IMG/VR virus record: IMGVR_UViG_3300006875_000077
Location: 1 to 33,423 of that record
DNA: 33,423 nucleotides
Direction: 5' to 3' (one strand)
Origin: a virus
Taxonomy: Duplodnaviria > Caudoviricetes
Positions 10,058-18,901 of this stretch are shown in pieces. Each line of letters starts with the position of its first letter. Position 1 is the stretch's first letter. Position numbers and translations under genes: made by a program. The notes under the pieces were generated by a model. That model was not told the DNA's origin and made no database searches. It was given only the letters and a program-made list of their open reading frames with translations.

Positions 10058-12045
10058 TCAGACGGTGCCGTCATCCTGCACAAAGCTAAACGCGGTCGTG
10101 ACAAAATCCTTGTTCAGAATTTCAAAACCAGCGTAAAGTTGCCAAATAAGAATGATGAAACGGCTGAAATCGTCGTTGTTGTTGATGAGGACCTGAGCAT
10201 TCGGACCACCGATACCAACACCCACAGACTGCGGGCCGAAAAAGTAACCTTGGGCAACTTCCTTGGAAGCATAAGTGGAGCCGCCATCAAACGAAGCAGT
10301 GACGTTCTTGGTCGGGAAGTTGGTGGACTCGAAGAACTTGACGCCTTCAAACTGCACACCGGTAGGCATGACAGGCTCGCCACCCAGGAAGTAGGCTTGG
10401 CCAGCCTGGGGACCCATGTAGAAGCTGGCGTTGTTAGGCATCATGGGGTTGCCCATGTACATGCCTTGACCAGGATTACCAGCGTAACGAGCGATCTCGC
10501 GGAAGTCTGGGTCACGACGCAGGTGCATCATGAAGGTAGGATCGCAGATGCAGCGATACAGACCATCGGCGAATGTCGGGACGTTGCGCTTACGCAGGTC
10601 CTTAACAATGGTCAGCAGGTCAGTGCGAACCTGGAACTGCTGAACTTCGGCAGTGTACTCAGCGGTTTCGTACTTAATACGACCGGAAGAATCCTTGGTC
10701 TTACCACCAGCAAAGTAGTAACCACCTTGGGTGGTGGAAGCGGCACCATTGGCTTCGGCTTTCGAGAGTTCGTCAAGGAACACCCGGTCGCGCCAACGGC
10801 GATAGTCGTCGAGCAGCGTCAGGCTACCGATCGACTGGTGGAACATATTAAGGTTGCCAGAGTCCAAGAGCAGGCGCTGAGCCGTGATCAGGGTCTCGCG
10901 GGCAATCTTAAAGGTGCTAGGCTGGGTCGGATCACCCGGATCAGCAGGGCCGGTGTACTCTTTAAGCACCACCAACACCTTTTCCTTTGTGATGTTACGG
11001 CTGTTGGCGGTACCGATTGTTTGATCGGCAATACGCTCACGGCTGTCCTTGGTGCCAGGGGTCCCCCAGAACTTATAGCGGTCTAACTGAACTGTTTGGC
11101 CAGGCTGACGAGTGAAGTCATGAACGACCACTGGCTCGACGGCCATCTCGGCAATGTAAGCAGGGTGGGGACGATAAAGTTCCGCACCTAAGATTTTTGG
11201 AAAATCGTTCTCCTGGTCTCTAGTCTCTTAGAGGGGTGGACTATCTCTTCATCCCTGTGGGATGCCGGACGCTAAATCTGGTATTACGTAACAAGGTCGT
11301 GTTACACCCAGTAGTCTCTGCACCTTCCAACCACGCTTGATTGGCTTGGCTCAGGATTACCCTCGTCTTTACGTTAGGGCTTCCCTGAATTCATCCGGTT
11401 TGCACCCATCGATTGCTCGGTGGGGTGACAACGTTGAGCGTTCAGTTGAGGTATGTTATGCTTTGGAAACTTGTTTATGAACAACATGGAACCAAAGCTT
11501 GTTCCTGGATTTGGTAATCTTTACTTAACGGAAGAGGGAAAAGCTTTTGAAAAACGACTTGATCCCGATAATCAAGAATATTTTCAAGAGATCCTTATTC
11601 GTTCCACCAGTGTTTATGACCGTATTTCAGTTCTTGTTAATGGAAAGAGAAAACGTTTTCATCTTCATGTCTTGATGGCTGTTGCTTTTTTGGGATTAGA
11701 TCTGCGTTCTCATGGAACCAGTAACTTTTCCCTGCAAGTTGATCACAAAGATAATGACAAGAGAAATAATCGACTTGAAAATCTTGAGATCGTTACCAAA
11801 CAAGAAAATTTAACAAGGGCCTGGGCAACGGGTTGTTACAAGAACAATGGTTTTGCCAGTAAAGGAAAACCGAAGAAGTCTTTAAGGAAGTTTTCTTCGG
11901 ATGACGTGATTCAAATCAAAGCTTTAAAAGAGGCTGGTCTGTCGTATCGAAAGATTGCCGAAAAGTTTGATTGCAATCACGGAGCTATTTACCAAATCTT
12001 GAAAGGTCATACCTACCAGGATCTGAACTAGCTATCAATAAACAC
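10058..12045 (-). CDS. Major capsid protein, two exons: join(12045..12034, 11209..10058), 387 aa
   Basis: SD GGAGG, then GTG TTT ATT GAT (MFID). Exon 2 continues NDFPKILGAELYRPHPAYIAE in frame with the 362-aa ORF. Position after portal and scaffold, size and high-expression codon bias fit an MCP. Confidence 0.85.
11434..11462 (+). promoter_or_regulatory. Predicted sigma70-type promoter for the intron-encoded HNH gene (antisense to the MCP)
   Basis: TTGAGC-N17-TATGCT with an extended TGn (TGT) before the -10 box. Confidence 0.6.
11477..12031 (+). CDS. HNH homing endonuclease (I-HmuI/NUMOD4-HNH style) with C-terminal HTH
   Basis: HVLMAVAFL, VDHKDNDKRNNRLENLEIVTKQEN, and HTH LSYRKIAEKFDCNHGAIYQILKG. 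Alternative starts at 11453 and 11486; 11477 chosen because it lies downstream of the predicted promoter. Confidence 0.92.
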   Translation: MNNMEPKLVPGFGNLYLTEEGKAFEKRLDPDNQEYFQEILIRSTSVYDRISVLVNGKRKRFHLHVLMAVAFLGLDLRSHGTSNFSLQVDHKDNDKRNNRLENLEIVTKQENLTRAWATGCYKNNGFASKGKPKKSLRKFSSDDVIQIKALKEAGLSYRKIAEKFDCNHGAIYQILKGHTYQDLN

Positions 12046-12085
12046 CTTGGTTTATCCTCCAGTGTCAGTGTTTTTATCGGGTGAA

Positions 12086-12123
12086 AGATAAAGACACATG
12101 TGTCTTATCTAACAAAAATTTTA
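12086..12123 (-). promoter_or_regulatory. MCP -10 box plus a palindrome at the start of the leader
   Basis: TAAAAT at 12123-12118. Perfect 16-bp palindrome AAGACACATGTGTCTT at 12091-12106. Confidence 0.5.
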
Positions 12124-12143
12124 GCAGACGGTGAACTTAAAAG

Positions 12144-12629
12144 TTACACATACTGCATTGTCGGCGTCTTGTATAGAGCGCCGGTAGAGTTACTAGAACC
12201 GTAAGATTCAGGGTCAACTGCTCCACCTTGAACAAAACCTGGAACACCCATAGAACCAGGAATCGCTCCAAGTGCCACACCACCGAGACCAGCGGTAAGA
12301 GCAGCGGCGGGAACAAGACCTGCAGCGGCAGCTTTGCCTAAAGAACGAGGGTTTACTTTACCCGCTGCTTCTGCAGCTTGTAAAAGAGCAGCTTGCCGCA
12401 TGCCACCTTCTCGATTTTTTACCGCAGCATTAAGGAGCTTATTTTGCACGTCTTCTGGCATATATTTTCCAGCAAGACCACGTGCTCCCAATAAACCTGC
12501 GGCGCCGCCAAGTAAACCGGCACCAGCAGCAAGTGCGGCAGATCCTGGATCTTCACCTTGAGAAAGGGCATACCCACCAACGCCTAAACCGGCAGCGATG
12601 GGTACACCGTATTTAAGAGCGCCACGCAT
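12144..12629 (-). CDS. Gly/Ala-rich hydrophobic hypothetical protein
   Basis: 161 aa with glycine-zipper-like hydrophobic segments, between scaffold and MCP. Confidence 0.75.
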   Translation of the reverse strand: MRGALKYGVPIAAGLGVGGYALSQGEDPGSAALAAGAGLLGGAAGLLGARGLAGKYMPEDVQNKLLNAAVKNREGGMRQAALLQAAEAAGKVNPRSLGKAAAAGLVPAAALTAGLGGVALGAIPGSMGVPGFVQGGAVDPESYGSSNSTGALYKTPTMQYV

Positions 12630-12633
12630 GGCC

Positions 12634-13599
12634 TCACTCCATCACAAAGAGTTTGTTTGCAACAACTTGAGGCTGAGCTTGGTTCAGGAGGCGCCAGGCA
12701 TTACTGGGATCCATGTCCATTTGCTGCTTAAAGGTCCCCCAGAAGTTTTCAGGTTGCTGGGGAGCTGCTGCAGCAGGAGGAGCAGGGAACTGACCAAGTG
12801 CAGCTTGAACAGGAGCTGTGGGATAACCACGTGTCTCAAGTTGATCTTCGCTTTCGTACACGGGGTACGGACCTTCTGGACCAAAGAACTTCAGCGTGTA
12901 ATCGCTGAGCACATCAGGATTGGTCAGAATTTCGTTGTAAGCCAGATTTTCTTGATGCTCGTTGGTTGCAAACGTTGCATAACGGCCGAGCGTTTCTTGG
13001 GCTTTGGTGCCCCAAGCAACGGCGCTATCCAGCATGCTTTCCAGCTGGAGAGCATAATTATTTAGAATTGCGGGTGCTTCGACCCCGTACGCGTTTACCA
13101 CGTGGCGGGTTTCCGGGCTCCACTCCAGGAGATTGGCCACGTCCTCCAAGGATTGAATCGAGGAGGTTTGGGAAGAGCTGGGCGAGTAAGCCTGGTTGGG
13201 TGACCAGGTCTGCGTCGCCGATTGTTGCGTAGCTGGGCTGCTGAGTTGCTGGCCGTAGTTCGCTGGTGCGTACTGTGGAGTCGGAGCTGACGGTTGACCC
13301 TGGAACGGGGATTGAACTGGTGCGCTCAGAAGGTTCACCACCTTGTTGAACGCCGATTCCCATGGATTGCTGCTGGCCTCCGATTGGGATTGGGGGGCGT
13401 ACTGCGTAGGGGCTGATTGGTAACTGGGGGCCGCCTGCGGAACTGCCTGGGGGTAACTGGTACCCACCTGATACGCCACTGGAGCTTGGCTCGGCGCCGC
13501 CTGGTAATTGGTCGGAGCTGGAGCCACGTAGCTGCTTGGAGCCACCGCTGCCGGGACTTGGCTCGTCTGTGGGATCGATTGGACGGTAGCGTCCTGCAT
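12634..13599 (-). CDS. Putative capsid scaffolding protein
   Basis: 321 aa with a disordered Gln/Pro/Ser/Ala N-terminal half and a helical C-terminal half. SD AGGAG 7 nt before the ATG. Lies between portal and MCP. Confidence 0.65.
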   Translation of the reverse strand: MQDATVQSIPQTSQVPAAVAPSSYVAPAPTNYQAAPSQAPVAYQVGTSYPQAVPQAAPSYQSAPTQYAPQSQSEASSNPWESAFNKVVNLLSAPVQSPFQGQPSAPTPQYAPANYGQQLSSPATQQSATQTWSPNQAYSPSSSQTSSIQSLEDVANLLEWSPETRHVVNAYGVEAPAILNNYALQLESMLDSAVAWGTKAQETLGRYATFATNEHQENLAYNEILTNPDVLSDYTLKFFGPEGPYPVYESEDQLETRGYPTAPVQAALGQFPAPPAAAAPQQPENFWGTFKQQMDMDPSNAWRLLNQAQPQVVANKLFVME

Positions 13600-15346
13600 A
13601 ACTCATCTCCTTTTGTAGAGCTTCTAAAGTTCGATACAGATATGGCGTTAAATCCAATCTTGGGTCCGCAGCCATCGGAAGATCCGGTGCTTGCGGGTGG
13701 GGAGTCTGCATCATGCCCCCCACTAACTTGGCAAACGCAGAGTAAGCACCCTGTAATTCGTTTACCATCCTGAAAGGGAACCCAGATAACATCTCGGCTC
13801 GTTCCTCATCCGTCTTGGACGGGAAGAGGTATTTCAATGCTTCAATGCTATCAACACCTAATTCCTGTAAATTTCGGACAACAATGGAGTTGTTAAGGAT
13901 ATCTTGAGTTGAATCCTCATAAACAGGACCCATCCAACGCCATAACACTGTTACATCGCCATCTGGAATTAAACCAATGACACTAGGTGGAATTTGCTGT
14001 GTTTCCACACAGGCCATCATAAGTTCTTTTAGTTGATCGTTGTATTGCTTCATTGCTCCTTCATAAGCAGCTTCTTCTTCCGGTGAAGCATTAGGGCCAA
14101 GATCCAGGGGTTTTTCTAATTTGGCAGCAGAAGCAAGTGTTGTCTTAAATAACTGCTCTTCTTGGTAAATGATTAACTCAAGACAACGACAAATGCCATG
14201 GGTGTAAATAGCATTTGCTTTTTTCTTGGATGTAGCTGCCACACGTCCAAATAGTGATTTGTACTCAGTTGCAGTTACGCCAGCAGAGATGGAAAGCTCA
14301 TCAACACCACCAAGAGCTGTGCGAATTTCTTCTCGATACTGACGTGCAAATGCGTTTTGGTCACCAGTGATTGCATCTGGAACAATGTAACCAACGCGGT
14401 CGTTAGGCTCCAGGTTTGCGATAACGCGTGGAACCCGTATCTGACCATCAATGCTACGACTGACTGGATCAGCCTTAAACATCGAACGGCTTAATGTAGA
14501 AGGACTTGTGAAACCAGAATTCGCTGCAATAGATGGACGCTGAACAACTGAGTCACCACCCGACTCCATAAGATCGGTCTTTGGCCTGGAAGAAAGAAGA
14601 GTCGGATTGCCAAAGAATGTAATGTTTTTGCGCATGGTGCGCATTAATTCATCATGCGTGCAAATATGATTCGCCATTGCATCGAATTCACCAACGCCTT
14701 CAAACGAGAAGCCTTGGGGATTGTTAAAAATCTCAACGCAGGGAATAAAACCTAAACTGTTTTTAAATTGTTTTGTTTGCCCAGGCATTGCGTAGTTGGG
14801 CATTTCAAAAGAAATTTCACTATCGGAGTGAGTTTCTTCGATTTCCCTTGCTTTAATTGACAGTCGAATATAACGTTTTGCTCCGGGGCTATATGTGCTT
14901 TGATTGCCGGTTAAATTCGTCGTTGTTAACTGATCACCAAAACCGTTGGCTCGGCGTATTTTATAGCTGTAGATGATTACAACTTCATCAAGCTCGCCAT
15001 CAACGTTGTAATAGGTGCGATATTCATGCTCACGAAAGTAGTAAAGGCGATAATTTTGTTGTGTAGGTCGGATATAAAACAGTCCTTTACCATCACACAA
15101 AAAGTATTCCCAGATGGAATCCAGACGTGTATCCATCTTGTTGTACTTCAACACACGGTCAAGAAAGTCCTTGCGTTGTGCACCGAAGTTATCTTGTGAC
15201 GGAAAAAATTCAACTCCTTGACGAATGCCAAAGAGTTTCATCTGAGCAATATGGGACGCAACAATGCCCGTATCAACAACGATATCGCTGTCTTTATCCA
15301 GATATGCATTAATGATTTCTTGAAGCCGGGCTTTAGCGTCTGCCAT
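13058..15346 (-). CDS. Putative portal protein with a long C-terminal extension overlapping the scaffold gene
   Basis: ~580-aa ordered core between TerL and scaffold/MCP. The last 180 codons are low-complexity and overlap the next gene. Confidence 0.7.
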   Translation of the reverse strand: MADAKARLQEIINAYLDKDSDIVVDTGIVASHIAQMKLFGIRQGVEFFPSQDNFGAQRKDFLDRVLKYNKMDTRLDSIWEYFLCDGKGLFYIRPTQQNYRLYYFREHEYRTYYNVDGELDEVVIIYSYKIRRANGFGDQLTTTNLTGNQSTYSPGAKRYIRLSIKAREIEETHSDSEISFEMPNYAMPGQTKQFKNSLGFIPCVEIFNNPQGFSFEGVGEFDAMANHICTHDELMRTMRKNITFFGNPTLLSSRPKTDLMESGGDSVVQRPSIAANSGFTSPSTLSRSMFKADPVSRSIDGQIRVPRVIANLEPNDRVGYIVPDAITGDQNAFARQYREEIRTALGGVDELSISAGVTATEYKSLFGRVAATSKKKANAIYTHGICRCLELIIYQEEQLFKTTLASAAKLEKPLDLGPNASPEEEAAYEGAMKQYNDQLKELMMACVETQQIPPSVIGLIPDGDVTVLWRWMGPVYEDSTQDILNNSIVVRNLQELGVDSIEALKYLFPSKTDEERAEMLSGFPFRMVNELQGAYSAFAKLVGGMMQTPHPQAPDLPMAADPRLDLTPYLYRTLEALQKEMSYAGRYRPIDPTDEPSPGSGGSKQLRGSSSDQLPGGAEPSSSGVSGGYQLPPGSSAGGPQLPISPYAVRPPIPIGGQQQSMGIGVQQGGEPSERTSSIPVPGSTVSSDSTVRTSELRPATQQPSYATIGDADLVTQPGLLAQLFPNLLDSILGGRGQSPGVEPGNPPRGKRVRGRSTRNSK

Positions 15347-15380
15347 TACTCGTGTTCTTTATTCTTTAATGTTAACAGTT

Positions 15381-15710
15381 TCAAGAAACGTATTTATTTT
15401 GAAAGCCCATTGGAATTGTTTGGCCCAGTTGAGGACCCGCAAAAAAACCGGCGTTTCCCATAGGAACTTGACCGCCATATTGCTGATACGCAAGAGGCAG
15501 CTGTGGGCCACCAGGCATAATGCCACGCCTCATCAACTCATCATTAAGCTGTTGATTTTGTTGAGTTCCGCCTTCGTATAAACGCTTTAGCTGTTCACCG
15601 GAACGCCCACCAAGCGCACCTGGGGATCGGTTAATTTGCCAATTTACATTGCCACCCGCGATTAAGTTACCTGGTGCGCCAGGGACATTTGATTCGCCTG
15701 CGTAAAACAT
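15381..15710 (-). CDS. Hypothetical Gly/Gln-rich protein
   Basis: 109-aa ORF with a TAAAAT box 24 nt upstream. Confidence 0.7.
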   Translation of the reverse strand: MFYAGESNVPGAPGNLIAGGNVNWQINRSPGALGGRSGEQLKRLYEGGTQQNQQLNDELMRRGIMPGGPQLPLAYQQYGGQVPMGNAGFFAGPQLGQTIPMGFQNKYVS

Positions 15711-15736
15711 GCCCTACACTCTTCAATCCTTTTATT

Positions 15737-15919
15737 TTACTCTTCTATGACTTCATATCCGCTGGCGTCATTTACTTTTGTCAGGATGATTCCAGAGCCA
15801 CGAACATCCCACTCAAGTACATCGCCTTCTTCCCAGCCCAGCTCTTCAATTACTTCATCAGGAAGAACAATATACGAATCTCCGTTTTCGTCTTCTTGAA
15901 CTTCAAGAATGTAACTCAT
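15737..15919 (-). CDS. AbrB/MazE/SpoVT-family DNA-binding protein
   Basis: GDSYIVLPDEVIEELGWEEGDVLEWDV..GIILTK matches the swapped-hairpin pattern. Confidence 0.8.
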   Translation of the reverse strand: MSYILEVQEDENGDSYIVLPDEVIEELGWEEGDVLEWDVRGSGIILTKVNDASGYEVIEE

Positions 15920-16209
15920 TTTGACAAAAGCTTTTCCATAAGCTTATCAAGCTTATTGTTGATTTCGCGAAAATTGTCGTGCATTTCTTGAATTTCCCTT
16001 AAGAAGTCAACCTTAAGGACGTAGTCAAGTGGCATGCGGTTAATTTGATCTTCAAGTAAATCAATACGACGTTTTTGCGAACTTGTATAACTCATGGCTT
16101 GTTGAATCTGATCAGTTTGACGATTCAAAATCTTATTGGCTACCCACGATCCGCCTGTGACCGCAGAAATAATGGCACTTAGACCAATAGCTAAATACTC
16201 GGGTCCCAC
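15916..16209 (-). CDS. Single-TM coiled-coil protein (holin-like candidate)
   Basis: N-terminal hydrophobic helix followed by a heptad-like tail (EINNKLDKLMEKLL). Confidence 0.65.
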   Translation of the reverse strand: MGPEYLAIGLSAIISAVTGGSWVANKILNRQTDQIQQAMSYTSSQKRRIDLLEDQINRMPLDYVLKVDFLREIQEMHDNFREINNKLDKLMEKLLSK

Positions 16210-16239
16210 TGAAATACTGCTTTTTTTCTTATTCTAAAA

Positions 16240-17766
16240 TCAGTAATCAAGATGCAATTGACCTTTGCGTGCTAAACCGGTAACAAGCCAGACCAAGGCG
16301 TCGACGCAATCGTCGTGACTGCTGACACCAAAGTTAGTCAACTCATCGAATAACGTTGTGAAATTACGGAAACGATTAAAGATAATTTTGCGGTCTTCAA
16401 ACATGCCCATAATGCCACGGAAGCGTGCAAGTTTATCAGCGCGGAATCCTTTGACAGGATGCCAAATTAAGTTGTAGAGACCTTCGTTATTTAAACAGAC
16501 ACGTTTAAAGTCAGCCTCAAGAGAAGCCTGGTACTGAACCGCTTCACTCCAGATGTCACACGTTGAATAAGTAGGGAAATAATTACCGTTGTCATCCTTG
16601 CCGACAACAGACCAATCGTTAAGAAGCTCTTTGAGGGCATCTAGTTTTTCAAGATTACCCATCACGCGAATACGACGGTAATCAATAATGTGTATCTGGT
16701 CGCCAATGCGACCACCAAGAACCATCACGGTGTAATCATTTTTTTCTTTAGTGCCAGCGGATAAGTCAACCCCAATACCAAGCGCATCAAACTCCGTTGC
16801 GATTTCCGCTTTGATAAGAAGTTCTGGTGCCAACGACAGCTCGTTTTGTCTGACGATTTGATTCATGTACTGGAATGAGAAAGCAATCGGTGCTTGCCGG
16901 CGCTTCTCCCTGAGGTAATCAACGGACCACATCTCAGGCCAGTACGAAATCTCCTCCCCTGTTTTGGGATCGTTGATCAAAGCAGAGAGAACAATCTGCG
17001 TCCAGTTGTTTTGCTCGTTGAATGTGGTGGCGTGAATGTCATCATGACGAAATCTGGTACCAAGACAGATTGCTCGTCCGCCTTCAAACATGGTGGGAGC
17101 AATCACCGCATTCCAGTTCTCCTGCATCATCTTTCTGATGTCAGGGTTCGCAATGTCTGCAGCAGATTTGATGGCGTCATCAATGATGATCAGTTGGCTT
17201 CGTTTGGAGGTCACGGAGCCTTTAAGACCAGCTGCACAGAGTGTGAACTGTTCTTCACCGGTTACATCGATGCCAGCAAATTTGTGGTCAATTGACCAGT
17301 ACTCATTACTGGTTACATTTTTCAGAAGACGTACTGAAGGAAAGACTTCTTGATATCGCTTGCTTTCGATAATTCGCTTGATGGTTGCCGACTTGGATCG
17401 AGCAATATCAACCGTATAAGAGAGGTAAAGAATCTGTAGTGGTTTCTTGGCTTGAGTATGGATACCAATAGCCCATGCCGTAAACAAGCCCAGGATTGTG
17501 GATTTAGCTGAGCCCCGTGGAGCAAGAAGATCAATATTGGGACCAGCAATCTTTAATAGACAAGAACTATCTTCGTTTGTGACAAAGTGCCGATGCCACT
17601 CTTTATGATGTGAAGCTGGTGGTTTGTCAGCTACATAATCACAGAAAAAGCCAAAGTCTTCTCGAGCTTTTTTTAAAGACTCAAGGTTGCGTTGTGGCCT
17701 GATTTGTTGCCTGCGTGCAGCAGCTTGTGCATTACGCCGATATGCAAGATGTTGATATGCAGGCAC
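16240..17766 (-). CDS. terL: Terminase large subunit
   Basis: Walker A LAPRGSAKST, Walker B IIIDDAIK, coupling motif GTRF, and nuclease acidic motifs GVDLSA, NDYTV and HDDCVDA. Confidence 0.95.
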   Translation of the reverse strand: MPAYQHLAYRRNAQAAARRQQIRPQRNLESLKKAREDFGFFCDYVADKPPASHHKEWHRHFVTNEDSSCLLKIAGPNIDLLAPRGSAKSTILGLFTAWAIGIHTQAKKPLQILYLSYTVDIARSKSATIKRIIESKRYQEVFPSVRLLKNVTSNEYWSIDHKFAGIDVTGEEQFTLCAAGLKGSVTSKRSQLIIIDDAIKSAADIANPDIRKMMQENWNAVIAPTMFEGGRAICLGTRFRHDDIHATTFNEQNNWTQIVLSALINDPKTGEEISYWPEMWSVDYLREKRRQAPIAFSFQYMNQIVRQNELSLAPELLIKAEIATEFDALGIGVDLSAGTKEKNDYTVMVLGGRIGDQIHIIDYRRIRVMGNLEKLDALKELLNDWSVVGKDDNGNYFPTYSTCDIWSEAVQYQASLEADFKRVCLNNEGLYNLIWHPVKGFRADKLARFRGIMGMFEDRKIIFNRFRNFTTLFDELTNFGVSSHDDCVDALVWLVTGLARKGQLHLDY

Positions 17767-17800
17767 AACAAGAAGTATTCAATGATTACTGAATACTAAC

Positions 17801-17968
17801 TTATTTTTCTTCTGTTGGTTTTTTACCTTTTTGTTCTTTATATTTACGTGCCTTGTCCAGGGCTGCTTTGTGCTTTTGCTTGTCCGACATTTCGCTGCCG
17901 TCCTCGTTCTTCGCTTCCTTTTTCTTGAAGTGCTCCAGGAGCTGGGGCGGCATTTTGTTCTTGCTCAT
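17801..17968 (-). CDS. 55-aa Lys-rich protein (not in the ORF track)
   Basis: MSKNKMPPQLLEHFKKKEAKNEDGSEMSDKQKHKAALDKARKYKEQKGKKPTEEK. Ends right before the terL -10 box. Confidence 0.65.
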   Translation of the reverse strand: MSKNKMPPQLLEHFKKKEAKNEDGSEMSDKQKHKAALDKARKYKEQKGKKPTEEK

Positions 17969-18149
17969 TTTGTTTGCTTGCCATTAAGGCATTCATTACA
18001 TTTTGACCTTCTGCAACTTTGTCAACAACAGGGTTAGGCCGTTGGAAATGAAACAACCGCTCGCGATTTTTTTGAAGTTGACGCGCAACATCAAATAGTC
18101 TACCTGCAATATTTTCTCCATATTGAGGTTGTTGAGGCGTTTGGCTCAT
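17844..18149 (-). CDS. Hypothetical protein
   Basis: 101 aa. Start coupled to the upstream stop (TAATG). The 3' part overlaps 17801-17968. Confidence 0.6.
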   Translation of the reverse strand: MSQTPQQPQYGENIAGRLFDVARQLQKNRERLFHFQRPNPVVDKVAEGQNVMNALMASKQNEQEQNAAPAPGALQEKGSEERGRQRNVGQAKAQSSPGQGT

Positions 18150-18733
18150 TACTCTTCAAGTTGCATGTGAGACCATACGCTCATTGCTGCTTCCTCAAGG
18201 GGGACCTCAATTGGGTCATCCTTAAAGATAGTCAACAATTCACGAATAGCACGATCAGCTCCAGCCATAAGCAGGCCTTTGCGATCTTTGGTCGATGTAA
18301 ACAATTCTACCTGAGCGATTGTTCCACGGAGTTCTTTTTGCATGGAAGCAATACGCGCCACGCCTGCATCACGTTTAACAATGCCGTTATCAACGTCTTC
18401 TCTTAATTTACGAATATCTTCCTGCATCTCAACAATTTCATTCAAAAGCACAGAACGGTGATCGGGCTTTGGATATTGACTTTGTACCCAAAGATCACAA
18501 CCGGAGATGCTGCCACCATAGCCAAGAAACCGGGCGTAGAGATAACACTCAATAACAGAGTAATTATCTTTGCAAAAAGCATTGAATGTTTCTTCTGTTG
18601 GTGCATCAAGATTTTCGACCCATTGGTCGAAGATCTCAATATCGATAAGCTCTTTGGGCTTGTGCGTAATCTCTGGCTTCGTCCGACTGACTGAACTCTT
18701 GCCTTTGTGCTGCGGTTTCACGTTCTTGTGCAC
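18149..18733 (-). CDS. Helical hypothetical protein, terminase small subunit candidate
   Basis: 194 aa, coiled-coil-like, close upstream of terL. GAGGG before the GTG. The TerS call is positional only. Confidence 0.55.
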   Translation of the reverse strand: MHKNVKPQHKGKSSVSRTKPEITHKPKELIDIEIFDQWVENLDAPTEETFNAFCKDNYSVIECYLYARFLGYGGSISGCDLWVQSQYPKPDHRSVLLNEIVEMQEDIRKLREDVDNGIVKRDAGVARIASMQKELRGTIAQVELFTSTKDRKGLLMAGADRAIRELLTIFKDDPIEVPLEEAAMSVWSHMQLEE

Positions 18734-18890
18734 CAGCTTCCCTCATCTTTTCTTTACTGGATCCAACGGAAACATCCTGGAAGATCTTGACAGCAGACGC
18801 GGCTTTGCGAGCTTTGTCCTCATCAAATAATAAATCATATGGATCGGGATTTAGCTGAGAGTCAAACGCTCCAGGATCTTCATACGCCAT
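18636..18890 (-). CDS. Hypothetical protein
   Basis: 84-aa ORF in the operon. Its 3' end overlaps the next ORF by 98 nt. Confidence 0.65.
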   Translation of the reverse strand: MAYEDPGAFDSQLNPDPYDLLFDEDKARKAASAVKIFQDVSVGSSKEKMREAGAQERETAAQRQEFSQSDEARDYAQAQRAYRY

Positions 18891-18901
18891 GATAAATACT
18901 C

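Larger units (their letters stand above)
11210..12033 (-). mobile_element. Group I self-splicing intron (824 nt) in the MCP gene
   Basis: The 5' exon ends in U and the intron ends in G. P/Q/R/S-like blocks AAUUCAGGGAA, AAUCCUGAGC, GUGCAGAGACUA and AAGAGAUAGUCC. P3 CCGGAUG/CGUCCGG, P7 GACUA/UAGUC. IGS CGUUGUCA (11433-11426) pairs with both exons. Confidence 0.93.

Noticed and set aside
9388-11086. Long plus-strand ORFs (233 and 315 aa) opposite the capsid genes
   Set aside because: Antisense shadows caused by strong codon bias. No RBS or motif.
11144-11146. ATG at 11146 as the MCP start
   Set aside because: It has no SD. The frame extends 21 codons up to the intron 3' splice site, and a proper SD plus GTG exists at 12045.
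16240-17766. Intein or intron in terL
   Set aside because: Normal length, continuous motifs and no intein junction signatures.
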